Positions 50,519 through 64,000 of a stretch of 64,000 bases of DNA are shown here, piece after piece. This DNA comes from Rhodanobacteraceae bacterium ZG21-1 (GTDB taxonomy: Bacteria > Pseudomonadota > Gammaproteobacteria > Xanthomonadales > Rhodanobacteraceae), in contig JAJEJU010000023.1 in NCBI GenBank assembly GCA_021390615.1, forward strand, positions 356,686 to 420,685. The letters run 5' to 3'. The notes under the pieces are model-generated. The model ran no database searches. It worked only from the letters and a program-made list of their open reading frames with translations, and had not been told where the DNA came from. Each line of letters opens with the position of its first letter. Within the stretch, counting starts at the first letter, position 1. The position numbers and the translations under genes were made by a program.

Positions 50519-51832
50519 TCAATTCGACTTCAGCTGCCATGCCGGCTGCACTTGTGCCGCCCGCCAGGTGGGATAGAAGGCCGCCAGCAGCGTGGCCACG
50601 ATCGCGACCAGCAGGGTCAGCGCGATCAGCACCGCGTCGAGCCTGACCAGCCTGGCGATGTTCGGATCGAAGACCAGACCAACCCCGAGCATGCCGGCGC
50701 CGGTCAGCAGCAGGCCCAACAGGCCGCCTGCCGCACCGATCGTCCCCGCCTCGATCAGGAATTGCTTGTAGATGTCGTTGCGCGATGCGCCCAGCGCGCG
50801 CCGCAGGCCGATCTCTCCCGATCTGCGCAGGCTCTTCGCCAGCAGCAGGCCGATCGTGTTGACCAGGCAGATCAGCAGGAAGCCCAGCGACACCAGCATG
50901 GACATGCGCGATTCGGGGGGTACCACGTGCCGGTCGGCCAGCCACCGGGTCACATCGCTCAAGCGCACGTTCGGCGCCCAGTGGAAGCGTCCCGCACGCT
51001 GCTGTTCGGCGGCATAGCCCTGCAGGAACTGGCGATAGGCATCCGCCTCGGATGCGCTGGGCAGCTCCGCCCAGAACGCGATCCACACGCACTCCGAACG
51101 CAGAAAGTCCTCCCATCCGCTGCCGGTATCCTGATTGCACGCCGTATCGCCGGCAGTCGGCATCTGCAGATCGATCGCGCGGGTGAACGGCACGAACAAC
51201 TGCACCGCATCGCTGAAGCCCGAGGTGTTCACCGGATCGAAGAACAGCGGCTGCGGGTTCCAGGTATCCATCACGCCGGTGATCCGATAGTCCCGGCCGT
51301 CCAGGTTGATCGTGCGCCCGACGCTGTTGGCGCCGCCGAACAGGCGCTGATTAGTGTCGCGGCCGATCACCGCCACCGCGGCGTGCGCCTGATCGTCCGC
51401 CGCCGTCCAACCGCCGCCGTATTCGAAGGGGATATCGAACATCGCGAAGGTGTCGGCGTAGGCCGCATAGCTCAGCGGACGGAAGGGCAGCCGGTTCGGA
51501 TCGCTGGGCACCAGAGACGGCGCGATCGGGAACAGCGCGGTCTGGCGCGGCGCCTTGTGCGCCAGCATCAGGGCCGTCGCGTCCGCATAGCTCAACGCAT
51601 CCGGCGGATCGCCCCCGTTCTCGGCCGCCCTGGCGGGGCCCCAGTTGTCGATCTGGGGCGCGAACAACTGCGCCGATTTCTGCGGGATCGGATTATTGGA
51701 GGTGGCGCGAAAAACCGCATAGCTGGTGATCGAAGCCGATACGCCGAAGCCCATGGCGATAATCATCAACAACGTCAGTGCCGGGTTCCGACGCAAACTG
51801 CGCAGCCCAAGACGGGCGTAATAGGCAAACAT
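50519..51832 (-). CDS. FtsX-like ABC transporter permease (paralogue)
   Basis: It has the same architecture: LTLLMIIAMGFGVSASITSY..., a periplasmic domain and ...EIGLRRALGASRNDIYKQFLIEAG... It is 8 bp upstream of the paralogue, and no ATPase gene is adjacent. Confidence 0.8.
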   Translation of the reverse strand: MFAYYARLGLRSLRRNPALTLLMIIAMGFGVSASITSYAVFRATSNNPIPQKSAQLFAPQIDNWGPARAAENGGDPPDALSYADATALMLAHKAPRQTALFPIAPSLVPSDPNRLPFRPLSYAAYADTFAMFDIPFEYGGGWTAADDQAHAAVAVIGRDTNQRLFGGANSVGRTINLDGRDYRITGVMDTWNPQPLFFDPVNTSGFSDAVQLFVPFTRAIDLQMPTAGDTACNQDTGSGWEDFLRSECVWIAFWAELPSASEADAYRQFLQGYAAEQQRAGRFHWAPNVRLSDVTRWLADRHVVPPESRMSMLVSLGFLLICLVNTIGLLLAKSLRRSGEIGLRRALGASRNDIYKQFLIEAGTIGAAGGLLGLLLTGAGMLGVGLVFDPNIARLVRLDAVLIALTLLVAIVATLLAAFYPTWRAAQVQPAWQLKSN

Positions 51833-51927
51833 GAAAACTCCCTTGGCTGATCTCTATCGCCCGCTGTCGCCGCACCAGGCCGGCTGCACACCCGAGGCTT
51901 CGACATGCCGAAGCCTCGCGGCAAGCC

Positions 51928-53571
51928 TCACAGCACCAGCTCGCTGCAGCCGTACAGACGCTCGGACTCGATGCCGTTCGAGGCGCAATACTCGACGAAA
52001 CTATTGGACTCGAGGATCTGGATGCTGTCGGGCTGGTACTGCAGGCCCATCAGCGCGCGCAACCACGGCTCCTGGCCCATCGCATAGACGTAGGCGCGCG
52101 ACGGCTTGATCTTCGCCACCGCATTCCTGGCCCGCTCGAAATTCGAGCCCGACAGCCGGCGGGACTCGTCGTCCTTGCGGCTGGGCTGCCGATTCAGCAG
52201 CGGCCCGTACAGCCAGGTCAGCGGCGCGCCGTGGCATTCCATGCCCAGGAACACCACGTCGACGCGACCGAGCACGCCGGCGAGATGATCGAAAATCCTT
52301 TCGTCGACGGTGTCCGAGTCGGCCATGAAGAGCAGCCGCTGCCCCGCCAGTTCGACCAGCAGGCAGTGCTTGCTGAGCACGTCGAGGCCCGAGTGCTCGC
52401 CGATGAACGGCAGGCTGGTCAGCGAACCGCCCGGCAGCTCGATCGCGTCCAGTGGGTCGACCACTCGCACGCGGCGGAAGCCCAGGGTCGCGAGCATCAG
52501 CTTCAAGGACGGATCGGCGACATTGCCGGCATCGTTGCGCGGCACGATCACCTCGCCCACGCGCTCGCGCAGCTGCAGCAGCATGTCGGGCACCAGATGA
52601 TCCTGATGGCCGTGCGTCAGCACCAGATAATCGATCTTGTCCGGCAGGTCGACGAAGGTCAGCGTGGCCTCCTGCTGGTCTCGCTCCCATGCGGTCAGCG
52701 CATCGATCAGGATGGCCACGCCGGCCGCCTCCACCAGTACGCAGGCATGACCGAAATACCTGATGCGCAGGCCCTGGCCGTCGAAGTTCGGCGCATTGCG
52801 CCCCGGCGCCTGGTTGGTGAAGAAACGCTCGAAGCCGCCTTCGTCGACCAATTCCGGCGGCAGGCTGGCGCGAATCTCGGCGGCGCTCATCGGCTGGTAG
52901 CGCAACTTCGCCAGCAGATCGACCCGCTCGTCTAGGAACGGCATCTTGAGCACCACCCGCTCGGGCGACTTCAGCAGCGGCGTGCTCATGAAAAAAGTCC
53001 GCTCGATCGAGCGCGTGGTATGCACGCAGATTTCCTGCAGCTCGGTGGTATGCGCCCGCCAGCGCTGATACGACAACTCTTCGAGCACGCGGATCTTCGG
53101 GTGGCTGTTGATGTCGTAGGTCAGCTCCACCAGGCCGCGCAGCGAGTCGGGAACCTGGGCGTAGAACTCGTCGAGACAGAAGCCCTTGGCGCCGCCCTGC
53201 AGCTTGAGGTCGAACTCCTGGAAATCCTGGGCGATTTTCAGCAGCTCGCCGCCGCGCCCGTGGATGTCGTCGATCAGCTCGCGCACCGCCGGAATGTCGC
53301 TCATCGCCAGGCAGACGAACGGCCCACCGAGCATGTCGGGATCTTCGGCGGCGGCCACATGCACCGACGGACTGGCGACGAAGGACTTCAGATTCGGCAG
53401 CTGCCGGTTGGCCAGATTCATGGCGTACTGCAGTGGCGGCAGCAGATGCGGCCAGGTCGGCCAGCCGCACATCAAGGGTTCTATCTTCACGTCCGATTTC
53501 AGATACCACTGATCCTTGCCCGGCGAAGCCACTTCGCCGGACGCCGTCGTCTCACCGCTTACGCGCTTCAT
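51928..53571 (-). CDS. MBL-fold metallo-hydrolase with ~300-aa N-terminal extension
   Basis: The C-terminal half has the metallo-beta-lactamase motif set (...[15 protein letters not shown]...[11 protein letters not shown]...FIGEHSGLD...). The N-terminal 300 aa match no recognisable domain. A GGAGA ribosome-binding site is present, and its ATG overlaps the NRPS stop by 4 bp. Confidence 0.8.
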   Translation of the reverse strand: MKRVSGETTASGEVASPGKDQWYLKSDVKIEPLMCGWPTWPHLLPPLQYAMNLANRQLPNLKSFVASPSVHVAAAEDPDMLGGPFVCLAMSDIPAVRELIDDIHGRGGELLKIAQDFQEFDLKLQGGAKGFCLDEFYAQVPDSLRGLVELTYDINSHPKIRVLEELSYQRWRAHTTELQEICVHTTRSIERTFFMSTPLLKSPERVVLKMPFLDERVDLLAKLRYQPMSAAEIRASLPPELVDEGGFERFFTNQAPGRNAPNFDGQGLRIRYFGHACVLVEAAGVAILIDALTAWERDQQEATLTFVDLPDKIDYLVLTHGHQDHLVPDMLLQLRERVGEVIVPRNDAGNVADPSLKLMLATLGFRRVRVVDPLDAIELPGGSLTSLPFIGEHSGLDVLSKHCLLVELAGQRLLFMADSDTVDERIFDHLAGVLGRVDVVFLGMECHGAPLTWLYGPLLNRQPSRKDDESRRLSGSNFERARNAVAKIKPSRAYVYAMGQEPWLRALMGLQYQPDSIQILESNSFVEYCASNGIESERLYGCSELVL

Positions 53572-56500
53572 GCCTGTCTCCTGTCTACATTTCTGACCAG
53601 CTGGATCAGCGTGGATTCGAAGCTTCTCGCCAGCTTGCGCAGCGTCTCTTCGTGATGCAGCTGATCGCTGTATATCCACGAGCAGCGCAGCACGTCGTCC
53701 ACGAAAACCGTCTGCAGTTCGATGTCATTCCTGCGCATGGCGCGGTCCGGCAGCACATAGACCGGGCCGTCCGGCAGGGGGATTCTTCCCAGCAGGCCGG
53801 CCGCCTGCGACGGCGCCTTCTGCTCGCCCTGGTGGTTCAGACACAGGGCACAGGCCTGCCAGTCCATGCCGCGCTCGAAGCGCTGCGCGGCGCTGGCCCA
53901 GTAGGCCAGTCCGGCCGCGTCCGCACGCTCGCCCTGGACGACGATCTGCCGCACCAGCGTGGCCAGGTCGCGCGGGCCGCGGAAATCGATCGTCACCGGC
54001 ACGCCGGCGGTGAACCAGCCGACCGAGCGCGAAAGATCGCCCTGCAGATGCAGTAGTTCGCGCCCGTGGAACAGCTGCTCCACGGCGACGGCGTCGTGCC
54101 CCGTCCACAACTGGATCGCCTGCGCGAGTGCAATCAGCAGCAAGTCTTCGACGCGTATGCCCAGCTGGCTGGCGGCGGCCATGCAGGCCTGCGGCGAAAT
54201 CTCCGGCGCCGATACGACCAGCCACTGCGTCGACGCGACGGTGTTGTTTCCGGCCGGATGATCCTTCGGCAGCGGCTGCTGCAAGGATGCCTCGCGCGCC
54301 GCCCCTTCCAGCTCGGCCTGGCCTTGTGCGGTGGCGAAATGCTCGGCGACCGCGCGCGCCCAGGCCGAGAAGCTGGTGCCCGGCGGCGGCAGCTGCGCCG
54401 CAGCGCCTTCCTCGCACTGCAGGCAGAGCTGCTGCAGCTCCTCGGCAAGCACCGGGTACGACAGCACGTCGTTGGCGAAGTGATGGATCGCCAGCACCAT
54501 GCGCTGCGGCCGGGCATCGCCGTAGTCGAACAGCACCGCCTTCAGCAGGCGGCCCGACGCCAGATCGATGTCGCGCCGCAGCTGATCGATCTCGCCGGCC
54601 ACCCGCAACGACAGCTCCGGCTCGGCGACGGCCGAGAGATCGACAACGCTGCACAGGGCTTCCGCAGGCGTAGGCGCCGGCCCTTGTCGTTGCTGCCATG
54701 ACCCGTCGCTCTCGGACACCACCAGGCGCAGCGCGTCATGGCGCGCGACCAGGGCGTGCAGCGCCTTGCGCAGCGCCTCCGCCGACACGCGCCGGCTCAA
54801 TTCGTAGTGGTAGGTGTTGGAGAGTATCGATATCTCGTCCCGCCACAGGGCGAGCATGATGCGTTGCACCGGCGTCAGCGGCACGCGGTCGTCCTGCACG
54901 CCCTGCTCGACGGTCGCCGATGCGGGAGCGGCTTCGGCGACCTTCACCATCGCCGCCAGCTCGGCGATGGTCTGGTAGCGGAACAAGTCCTTGGGCACGA
55001 ACACCATGCCTGCCCGCTTGGCCAGGCTGACCAGCTGGATCGCTGTGAAGCTGTCGCCGCCGAGCTCGAAGAAATTCTCGTCGATGCCGACCTGCTCGCG
55101 CTTCAGCAGCTCGCAGAACAGGCCCGCGAGCAGCCGCTCCTGCGCTGTTCTCGGCTCGCGCCGCGTGGCCGCTGCGAGATCCGGCGGCGGCAGCCGGTGG
55201 CGATCGACTTTGCCGTTGGCACTGAGCGGCAGGCTGTGCAGGGCGACCACGACGGCCGGCACCATATGCTCCGGCAGCTGCTCGGCCATGAACTGACGCA
55301 GCGTTGCGGGCACGGCGTCCTGGCCGGCCGCCGCCACGGCATAGGCGACCAGTTGCTTTTGTCCGGGTCGATCTTCGCGCAACAGCACGGCTGCCTGGGC
55401 CACGCTGGAGTGGCGGGTCAGACAGGCCTCGATTTCGCCCAGCTCGATGCGGAAACCACGCAGCTTGACCTGGTCGTCGGTGCGGCCGAGATAGTCGAGC
55501 CGCCCGTCGGGCAGCCAGCGCACCAGGTCGCCGCTGCGATAGAGCCGGCTGCCGGGCGCACCGAAAGGATTCGCCACGAAGCGCGAAGCGCTCAGGCCCG
55601 GGCGATTCAAATAACCGCGGGCGAGTCCGTGGCCGGCGATATAGAGCTCGCCGGGCATGCCGGCCGGCACCGGCTTCAGCGCATGGTTCAACACATACAC
55701 CTGTGTGTTCCAGATCGGCCGGCCGATCGGCACCAGGCCCTCCCGATGATTCTCCAGGCGCACCTCGTGGAACACGCAGCCGACCACCGTCTCGGTCGGT
55801 CCGTACTCGTTGACGATGCAGGCGTGCGGCGAATGCGCGAACCAGTCGGCGACGGTCGCAGCCGGCAGTGCTTCGCCGCCGACGACCACGTGATGCGCCA
55901 GATCGACGCCGCTCGACGACGACAGCAGCTGATTGAGGATGGCGAGCTGGGCCGGCGGCAGTTTCAGCAGGCTTAGTCCGCGCGGGCCGTCGGCGCCGGC
56001 GAGGGTTTCGAACTCCTCCGACTCCGGCAGCAAGGTGACCGCCTTGCCGCAGAGCAGGGGCAGGAACAGGCTGGTGACGGTGGCGTCGAAGGACAGCGAG
56101 GTACTGATCGCCGCTCCCGTTCCCTGCTCCATCTGGTAGGCGGCGGCAGCCCAGGCGGCGTAGTTGTGCAGCCCGCCGTGGGTGATCACCACCCCCTTCG
56201 GCCTGCCGGTCGAGCCCGAGGTGTAGATCACGTAGGCCGGATGCTGTGCGCCGGCTTTTGCGGGAGGCGCGCTGGCGGGCTTGCGCGCGATCGCGGGCCA
56301 ATCCAGGTCGAGCATGATGGCCCGTCCGCGATAAGCCGGCAGCCTGCCTTCGGCGGACTCGACGGTGAGCAGCACCGGCGCCAGCGAATCCTCCAGCATG
56401 AAGGAGATGCGCTGGGTGGGATAAGCCGGGTCGATCGGGAGATAGGCGCCGCCGGCCTTCAGGATGCCCAGCAGGCCGATCACCATTTCCGGCGAGCGCG

Positions 56501-58184
56501 GCACGCACAGCGCGACGACGATCTCGGGCCCCACGCCCGACCGCTGCAGGTAATGCGCGAGCTGGTTGGCCTGCTGATCCAGCTCGCGATAGCTCAGCGT
56601 GCGATCGCCGTGGATCAGCGCCGCCGCGTCCGGCGAACGCTGCGCCTGCTCCTCGAACCACTCGTGGATGCGCCGTTCGCGCGGAAACTCCATGCCGGTG
56701 GCATTCCATGCCTGCAGCAGGCGCAGCCGCTCGTCCGGATTCAACAGCTCCAGCTGTTCCAGCGGCTGCTCCGGGCGCGCGACCACTTCCTGCAGCAGCC
56801 GGCCGAAGTGTTCGACGAAACGCTCGATCGTCGGCGCGTCGAACAGATCGGCCGCGTATTCGAGGCCGCCGCGGAAACCTTCCTCGGTTTCCCCGATCAC
56901 CAGAGTCAGGTCGAACTTCGCGGTGACATGCCGCGAACCGATCAGCTCCAGCTGCAGATCGCCCAGCTCGAAGTTGCCGGCGGCGCCGCTGCGCAGTTCC
57001 ATCAGCACCTGGAACACCGGCTGGCGCGACAGGTCGCGGGTCGGCGCCAGTTCCTTCACCAGCCGCTCGAACGGAAGATCCTGGTTGGCGTAGGCGGCCA
57101 GCGCGGTCTCCTTCACCTGGTGCAGCAATGCCCTGAAATCCTTCGCCCGATCCAGCCGCGCCCTGATCGCCAGCGTGTTGACGAACAGCCCGATCATGTG
57201 TTCCGTCTGCGGGTGTGTACGGCCCGCCGTGGAGGTGCCCACCACCACGTCCTGCTGTCCGCTCCACTGCGACAGCGCCAATTGGAAGGCCGCCATCAGC
57301 AGCATGAACAGGGTGACTTCTTCCTGCTTCGCCAGTCGCGCGACGGCGTCGCTCAATGCCTTGGGCAGGACGATCGGGCAGGTGCCGCCCCGATGGCTCG
57401 GCACCACCGGCCGCGCACGATCCGTGGGCAGCTCCAGCACCTCGGGTGCGCCGTCCAGCTGCTTGCGCCAGTGCTCCAGCTGCCGGGCCAGCGCCTCGCC
57501 TTCGGAAGACCTGCGCTGCCACAGCGCGAAGTCGGCGTATTGCGCGGCCGGCTCGGCAAGCGGCGACGTCTCGCGGCGGCAGTAAGCCTCGTAGAGGCTT
57601 TTCAGTTCCCGCTCCAGCACGCCGTTGGACCAGCCGTCCGAAATGATGTGGTGCATCGCCAGCGCCAGCACGTGCTCCTTCGGCCCCAGCCGCAGCAGGC
57701 TCACTCGGAACAGCGGGCCGCGCGCCAGATCGAAGGGGCGCAGGAATTCCTGCCGCACGAAGGCCGGCAGCACGTCGCCGTCGCCTGCGGCGGCCAGCTC
57801 GTCCACGCTGCGCCGCAGAATGGAGAAATCCTCCGCGCGCCCGATCAGCTGATGCGCCTGGCCGTCCACCGCGTCGAAGCGCGTGCGCAGGCTCTCGTGG
57901 CGGCGCACCAGTTCGCGGAAGCTGTTTTCCAGCGCGTCCTCGTTCAACTCGCCCACCAGGCGCATGGCGATGAACATGTGGTAGGCCGAGCCCACCAGGC
58001 CCATCTGCTCGACGAACCACAGCCGCTCCTGTGCATACGAAAGCGGCAGCCGCTCGCCCGGCTGGCGCAACCCCTGCAGCGAACCCGCCGCCGCGCCGGC
58101 CTGCCGCGCGTTCCTGCGGCTCGCCAGCTGCTTCAACTGCTGCGGCGAAAGCTGGGCGATGCGATCTGCGATGGAACCGTTCAC
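53568..58184 (-). CDS. Non-ribosomal peptide synthetase module C-A-T plus terminal condensation-like (Ct) domain, no TE
   Basis: The C domain has HHIISDGWS (HHxxxDG). The A domain has [51 protein letters not shown] and [20 protein letters not shown]. The PCP has [15 protein letters not shown] second C-like domain with HHFANDVLS sits at the C-terminus. The protein is 1538 aa. Confidence 0.92.
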   Translation of the reverse strand: MNGSIADRIAQLSPQQLKQLASRRNARQAGAAAGSLQGLRQPGERLPLSYAQERLWFVEQMGLVGSAYHMFIAMRLVGELNEDALENSFRELVRRHESLRTRFDAVDGQAHQLIGRAEDFSILRRSVDELAAAGDGDVLPAFVRQEFLRPFDLARGPLFRVSLLRLGPKEHVLALAMHHIISDGWSNGVLERELKSLYEAYCRRETSPLAEPAAQYADFALWQRRSSEGEALARQLEHWRKQLDGAPEVLELPTDRARPVVPSHRGGTCPIVLPKALSDAVARLAKQEEVTLFMLLMAAFQLALSQWSGQQDVVVGTSTAGRTHPQTEHMIGLFVNTLAIRARLDRAKDFRALLHQVKETALAAYANQDLPFERLVKELAPTRDLSRQPVFQVLMELRSGAAGNFELGDLQLELIGSRHVTAKFDLTLVIGETEEGFRGGLEYAADLFDAPTIERFVEHFGRLLQEVVARPEQPLEQLELLNPDERLRLLQAWNATGMEFPRERRIHEWFEEQAQRSPDAAALIHGDRTLSYRELDQQANQLAHYLQRSGVGPEIVVALCVPRSPEMVIGLLGILKAGGAYLPIDPAYPTQRISFMLEDSLAPVLLTVESAEGRLPAYRGRAIMLDLDWPAIARKPASAPPAKAGAQHPAYVIYTSGSTGRPKGVVITHGGLHNYAAWAAAAYQMEQGTGAAISTSLSFDATVTSLFLPLLCGKAVTLLPESEEFETLAGADGPRGLSLLKLPPAQLAILNQLLSSSSGVDLAHHVVVGGEALPAATVADWFAHSPHACIVNEYGPTETVVGCVFHEVRLENHREGLVPIGRPIWNTQVYVLNHALKPVPAGMPGELYIAGHGLARGYLNRPGLSASRFVANPFGAPGSRLYRSGDLVRWLPDGRLDYLGRTDDQVKLRGFRIELGEIEACLTRHSSVAQAAVLLREDRPGQKQLVAYAVAAAGQDAVPATLRQFMAEQLPEHMVPAVVVALHSLPLSANGKVDRHRLPPPDLAAATRREPRTAQERLLAGLFCELLKREQVGIDENFFELGGDSFTAIQLVSLAKRAGMVFVPKDLFRYQTIAELAAMVKVAEAAPASATVEQGVQDDRVPLTPVQRIMLALWRDEISILSNTYHYELSRRVSAEALRKALHALVARHDALRLVVSESDGSWQQRQGPAPTPAEALCSVVDLSAVAEPELSLRVAGEIDQLRRDIDLASGRLLKAVLFDYGDARPQRMVLAIHHFANDVLSYPVLAEELQQLCLQCEEGAAAQLPPPGTSFSAWARAVAEHFATAQGQAELEGAAREASLQQPLPKDHPAGNNTVASTQWLVVSAPEISPQACMAAASQLGIRVEDLLLIALAQAIQLWTGHDAVAVEQLFHGRELLHLQGDLSRSVGWFTAGVPVTIDFRGPRDLATLVRQIVVQGERADAAGLAYWASAAQRFERGMDWQACALCLNHQGEQKAPSQAAGLLGRIPLPDGPVYVLPDRAMRRNDIELQTVFVDDVLRCSWIYSDQLHHEETLRKLARSFESTLIQLVRNVDRRQA
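53571..54887 (-). other. Terminal condensation-like (Ct) domain of NRPS (approximate)
   Basis: It spans aa ~1100-1538 ([10 protein letters not shown]...[11 protein letters not shown]...). It shows a C-domain fold signature downstream of the PCP in place of a thioesterase. Boundaries are estimated by residue counting. Confidence 0.6.
55185..56672 (-). other. Adenylation domain of NRPS 53568..58184 (approximate)
   Basis: It spans aa ~505-1000 from the A1 (LSYRELD) through the A10 region. The A4 segment is [10 protein letters not shown] and A5 is [12 protein letters not shown]. Substrate is not assignable by eye. Confidence 0.6.
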
Positions 58185-61100
58185 GCGTATTTCTCGCTGC
58201 TGGTGGTTTCGCTCACGGCTCGGACATCGCGGGACTGACCATCCAGCACGACGGCGGCGTCGCCCGCCTCAAGAGTCTCCAGGTAGGCGCCCATGTCGCC
58301 TTCGTCGATCTCGTCGGCGAGCTGCGCCACGATCTCTTCGGCCAGTGCCTTGACCGTGCCGCTGGCGGAAATCAGCACCTTGGGCGAGATCCGCACGCCG
58401 TACTCGTCCCTGATCCGCGAGATCACCCGCAGGGCGATCAGCGAATCGCCGCCCAGCGACATGAAGGTGTCGCTGCGACCCACGGCATCGATGCCCAGCA
58501 CTTCCTCCCACATCGCCGCCATGCTGGCCTCGAGCTCGCTCCAGCCGCTGGCGATGACGGGCGCCTGCACCGGCGCAGCCTGCAGCGGCGCCTCGGTGCG
58601 CGAAGCCGCGGGCTGCTCGTGCACCGGCGCCTCGCGCTTCCTGACCTCGATCCAATAGCGCTGGCGCTGGAACGGATAGGCCACCAGGCCCACCCGCGAA
58701 CGCCGCTCGCCGCGATGAAAGGCCTGCCAGTCGACGGCTGCGCCCAAGGTCCACAGACGGGCCAGCTGCCCGAGCAGCGCGCTGCGGTCGGACGAACCAT
58801 CGCTAGCCAGCGATCCCACGTAGGCATGCTCCGGCGCGCTGCCGAACTGCTGCCGGGCCAGGCCGGTCAGCGCCTGGCCGATACCCAGCTCGAGCCAGAT
58901 CGTCGGACTGCCGCCGGCAGCGGCAGCCAGAGCCGCCTGGAAATCCACCGGCTCGCGCAAGTGACGCGCCCAGAACGAGGCCTCCAGTGGCGCGGTCGCG
59001 CTCACCGGCGCACCGGTCAGGCACGACACATAGCGGATGCCCGGCGTCGCGTAGCGGCAGGAGCGCGCCGCCTGTTCAAGCCCGGCCATGGCCGGCTCCA
59101 TCAGGCGCGAGTGGAACGCATGCGACACCGACAGCCGGTGATGCTCCACGCCGCGCGCGGCGAGCGTGGCGGCCAGCGCGTCGATCGCCGCCGCAGGCCC
59201 GGACAGCACGCACTGCGTCGGCGCATTGATTGCAGCCACCGACAGTGCTTCGCCCAGCAGCGCCTGCACCTCGCCCACCGGCAGTCGCACCGCCAGCATG
59301 GCGCCGGCAGGCTGCTCGCTGACCAGCTGCGCCCGGCGCGCCAGCAGCGCCACCGCGTCATGCAGCGAAACGGCTCCGGAGATGCAGGCCGCGATGTATT
59401 CGCCGACGCTGTGCCCGACCACCGCGGCGGGCTTCACACCCCAATGCATCCACAGCTTCGCCAGGCTGTAGCCCACCGTGAACACGGCAGGCTGGGTGAA
59501 CAGCGTGCGATCGATGGATGCCGCCGCCTCCGTGCCGGCCGGCGCGCAGATGACGCTGCGCACGTCGAAGCCCAGGCGCTCCTGGAACAGCGCCGCGCAC
59601 TCGTCGATGCGGGCGCGGAAGTAGGCGTCCGTGTCGTACAGCGCCTGCACCGCTCCCGATCGCTGCGAACCCTGCCCCGGGAACATGAAGACCACCGGGC
59701 GATCCACATGCTGGTCGTGCACGTCCTGGGCCGCCACCGCCTCGTCGCGCAGGGCGCGGATCAGTTCCTCGCGATGCTTCGCCACCACGCTGCGCCGATG
59801 GGCGAAGCGGCGGCGGCCGCGTTGCAAGGTGTAGGCCACGTCCGCCAGATCCAGCTGCGGCCGCTCCTCGAGGTGGCGCGCCAGCGCGGCGCCGAGCTGC
59901 CGCAGCGCTTCGCCGGTATGCGCCGACAGCGGGAATACCTGGGCGGAGGGATCGGCCGCCGATGGCGCCGGCCGGGCCGGCGCTTCCTCCACCACCACGT
60001 GCGCATTGGTGCCGCCCATGCCGAACGAGCTGACGCCAGCGCGGCGCGGCTTGCCGTCGCTGTGCCAGGGCGCGTACTTGGTGCTCACGTAGAACGGGCT
60101 GGTGGGGGATTCCAGCGCCGCATTCGGCCGGCTGAAGTTCGCCGACGGCACCAGGTGCTTGTGCTTCAGGCACAGCACGGCCTTGATCAGCCCGGCCACG
60201 CCCGCCGCGCAGTCCAGGTGGCCGATGCTGCCCTTGATCGAGCCCAGCGCGCACCACTGCTTGTCGGCCGTGCCGGTGTCGAAGGCCTCGCCCAGCGCGG
60301 TCAGCTCGACCGCGTCGCCCAGCACGGTGCCGGTGCCATGGCCTTCGAGCATGCCGATGTCGGTCGGCTGCAGCTCGGCGAAGGCCAGCGCCGAGGCGAT
60401 CAGCCGCGCCTGCGCCTTGATGCCCGGCGCGGAAAATCCGGCCTTGTCGGCGCCGTCGTTGTTGACCGCGCTGCCGCGGATCACCGCATGGATCTCGTCG
60501 CCGTCGCGAAGCGCCTCGTCCAGCCGCTTGAGCACCACGATGCCGCAGCCGCTGCCGCCGATGGTGCCGGTGGCGTCGGCGTCGTAGGCGCGACAGATGC
60601 CGTCCCGCGAGGAGATGCCGCCTTCCTCGTAGATGTAGCCGCTGTCCTGGTTCAACTTGATCGACACGCCGCCCGCCAGGGCCATGTCGCTCTCGAAGGT
60701 CAACAGGCTCTGGCAGGCCATGTGCACCGCGACCAGCGAACTCGAGCAGGCGCTCTGCACCGTGACGCTGGGCCCGTTCAGGCCGAGCTTGTACGACACC
60801 CGCATGGTGAGGAAGTCTTTCTCGCCGTCGAGCGAGGTCTGGTGCCAGTTGCCCGAGTTGGATTCGATCAGCTCCTGCATGCGGGTATACAGGTACAGAT
60901 TGCTGCCGCAGCCGCCGTAGATCCCCACGATGCCCTTGTACTGCTCGGGGTCGTAGCCGGCGTGCTCCAGGCCTTCCCAGGCGCATTCGAGGAACAGCCT
61001 GCCCTGCGGATCGAGGCTGCTCGCCTGTCTCGGGCTGTAGCCGAAGAAGCCCGCGTCGAAGCGGTCGTAATCCGCGAGCGGCACGGTGGCCTTCACGTAA

Positions 61101-61277
61101 TGCGGGTTCTGGATCAGCGAGGGACTCACCCCGGCCGCGGCCAGCTCGGCATCGGACAGCTTGACGATCGAATGGCGTCCGCTTTTCAGCAGCTGCCACA
61201 ACTCGTCGACGCTCTTCGCCCCCGGAAAGCGGCCCGCCATGCCGATGATGGCAATGGCATTGGCGCTGTTTGCTTGC

Positions 61278-61285
<8 letters not shown>
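58181..61285 (-). CDS. Type I polyketide synthase module KS-AT-ACP (no KR/DH/ER)
   Basis: The KS domain has [15 protein letters not shown] (active Cys), EGHGTGT and GHLDCAAG (His/His). The AT domain has FPGQGSQ, GHSVGEY and HAFHS. The ACP has LGGDSL. The N-terminal [13 protein letters not shown] is typical of a hybrid KS downstream of an NRPS module. The protein is 1034 aa. Confidence 0.92.
58316..58543 (-). other. ACP/thiolation domain of PKS (approximate)
   Basis: It spans aa ~915-990 with GGDSL at ~945-948. Confidence 0.55.
58796..59698 (-). other. Acyltransferase domain (approximate)
   Basis: It spans aa ~530-830, with GQGSQ at ~537, GHSVGE at ~624 and HAFHS at ~722. The HAFH motif is more typical of malonyl-CoA-specific ATs (inference). 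Confidence 0.55.
59984..61261 (-). other. Ketosynthase domain (approximate)
   Basis: It spans aa ~9-434, with Cys180 in TVQSACSSS, His315 in EGHGTGT and His356 in GHLDCAAG. Confidence 0.65.

Positions 61286-64000
<2,715 letters not shown>

Noticed and set aside
53725-58238. Plus-strand ORFs (for example 56166..58238 at 690 aa, 54738..55976) and the alternative minus frame 54736..58020 across the NRPS
   Set aside because: Only the 53568..58184 minus frame contains the ordered C, A, T and C motif series. The others are antisense or shifted-frame artefacts.

Overview
This is a high-GC (about 65-70%) gammaproteobacterial chromosomal window, Xanthomonadaceae/Lysobacteraceae-like judging by the protein sequences. 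All six frames are open almost everywhere, so genes were called from recognisable protein motifs and start-codon context rather than ORF length.

Layout from 5' to 3':
- **1-5.8 kb, housekeeping:** tRNA-Met, rppH, a bfd-bfr iron-storage pair, a bactofilin, erpA, nudC and an AmpE-like membrane protein.
- **5.8-7.1 kb, repeat region:** a 1.3 kb non-coding gap carrying a structured inverted array of a ~100-bp repeat.
- **7.1-23.4 kb, housekeeping:** an LplT-like MFS transporter fused to an acyltransferase, a hypothetical protein plus GNAT pair, purD, an orphan AMP-dependent ligase, tsaC, topA with a lysine-rich repetitive tail, dprA, a LysM protein, and def-fmt-rsmB.
- **23.4-35.3 kb, LPS core / lipid A locus:** two ArnT-like GT39/83 enzymes, a GT4, the O-antigen ligase, GT1 and GT2 enzymes, a TagB/TagF-like protein, a small TPR protein, a HIT-family protein, lpxL and dtd.
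- **35.4-41.2 kb:** rpoD with a bidirectional terminator, an NTF2-like protein, a flotillin, one hypothetical protein and a second CAT-anticodon tRNA that looks like tRNA-Ile2.
- **41.3-47.2 kb, putative island:** a lower-GC segment immediately downstream of that tRNA, carrying six hypothetical genes and an epsilon/zeta-type toxin-antitoxin pair with an unusually long zeta toxin.
- **47.9-64.0 kb, the most interesting part:** a co-directional, translationally coupled minus-strand operon. It encodes NRPS (C-A-T, running off the window) -> minimal PKS (KS-AT-ACP) -> NRPS (C-A-T plus terminal C domain) -> large MBL-fold hydrolase -> two FtsX-like permeases with no ATPase. A convergent TetX-like FAD monooxygenase sits at its downstream end.

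The operon looks like an uncharacterised hybrid NRPS-PKS biosynthetic gene cluster.
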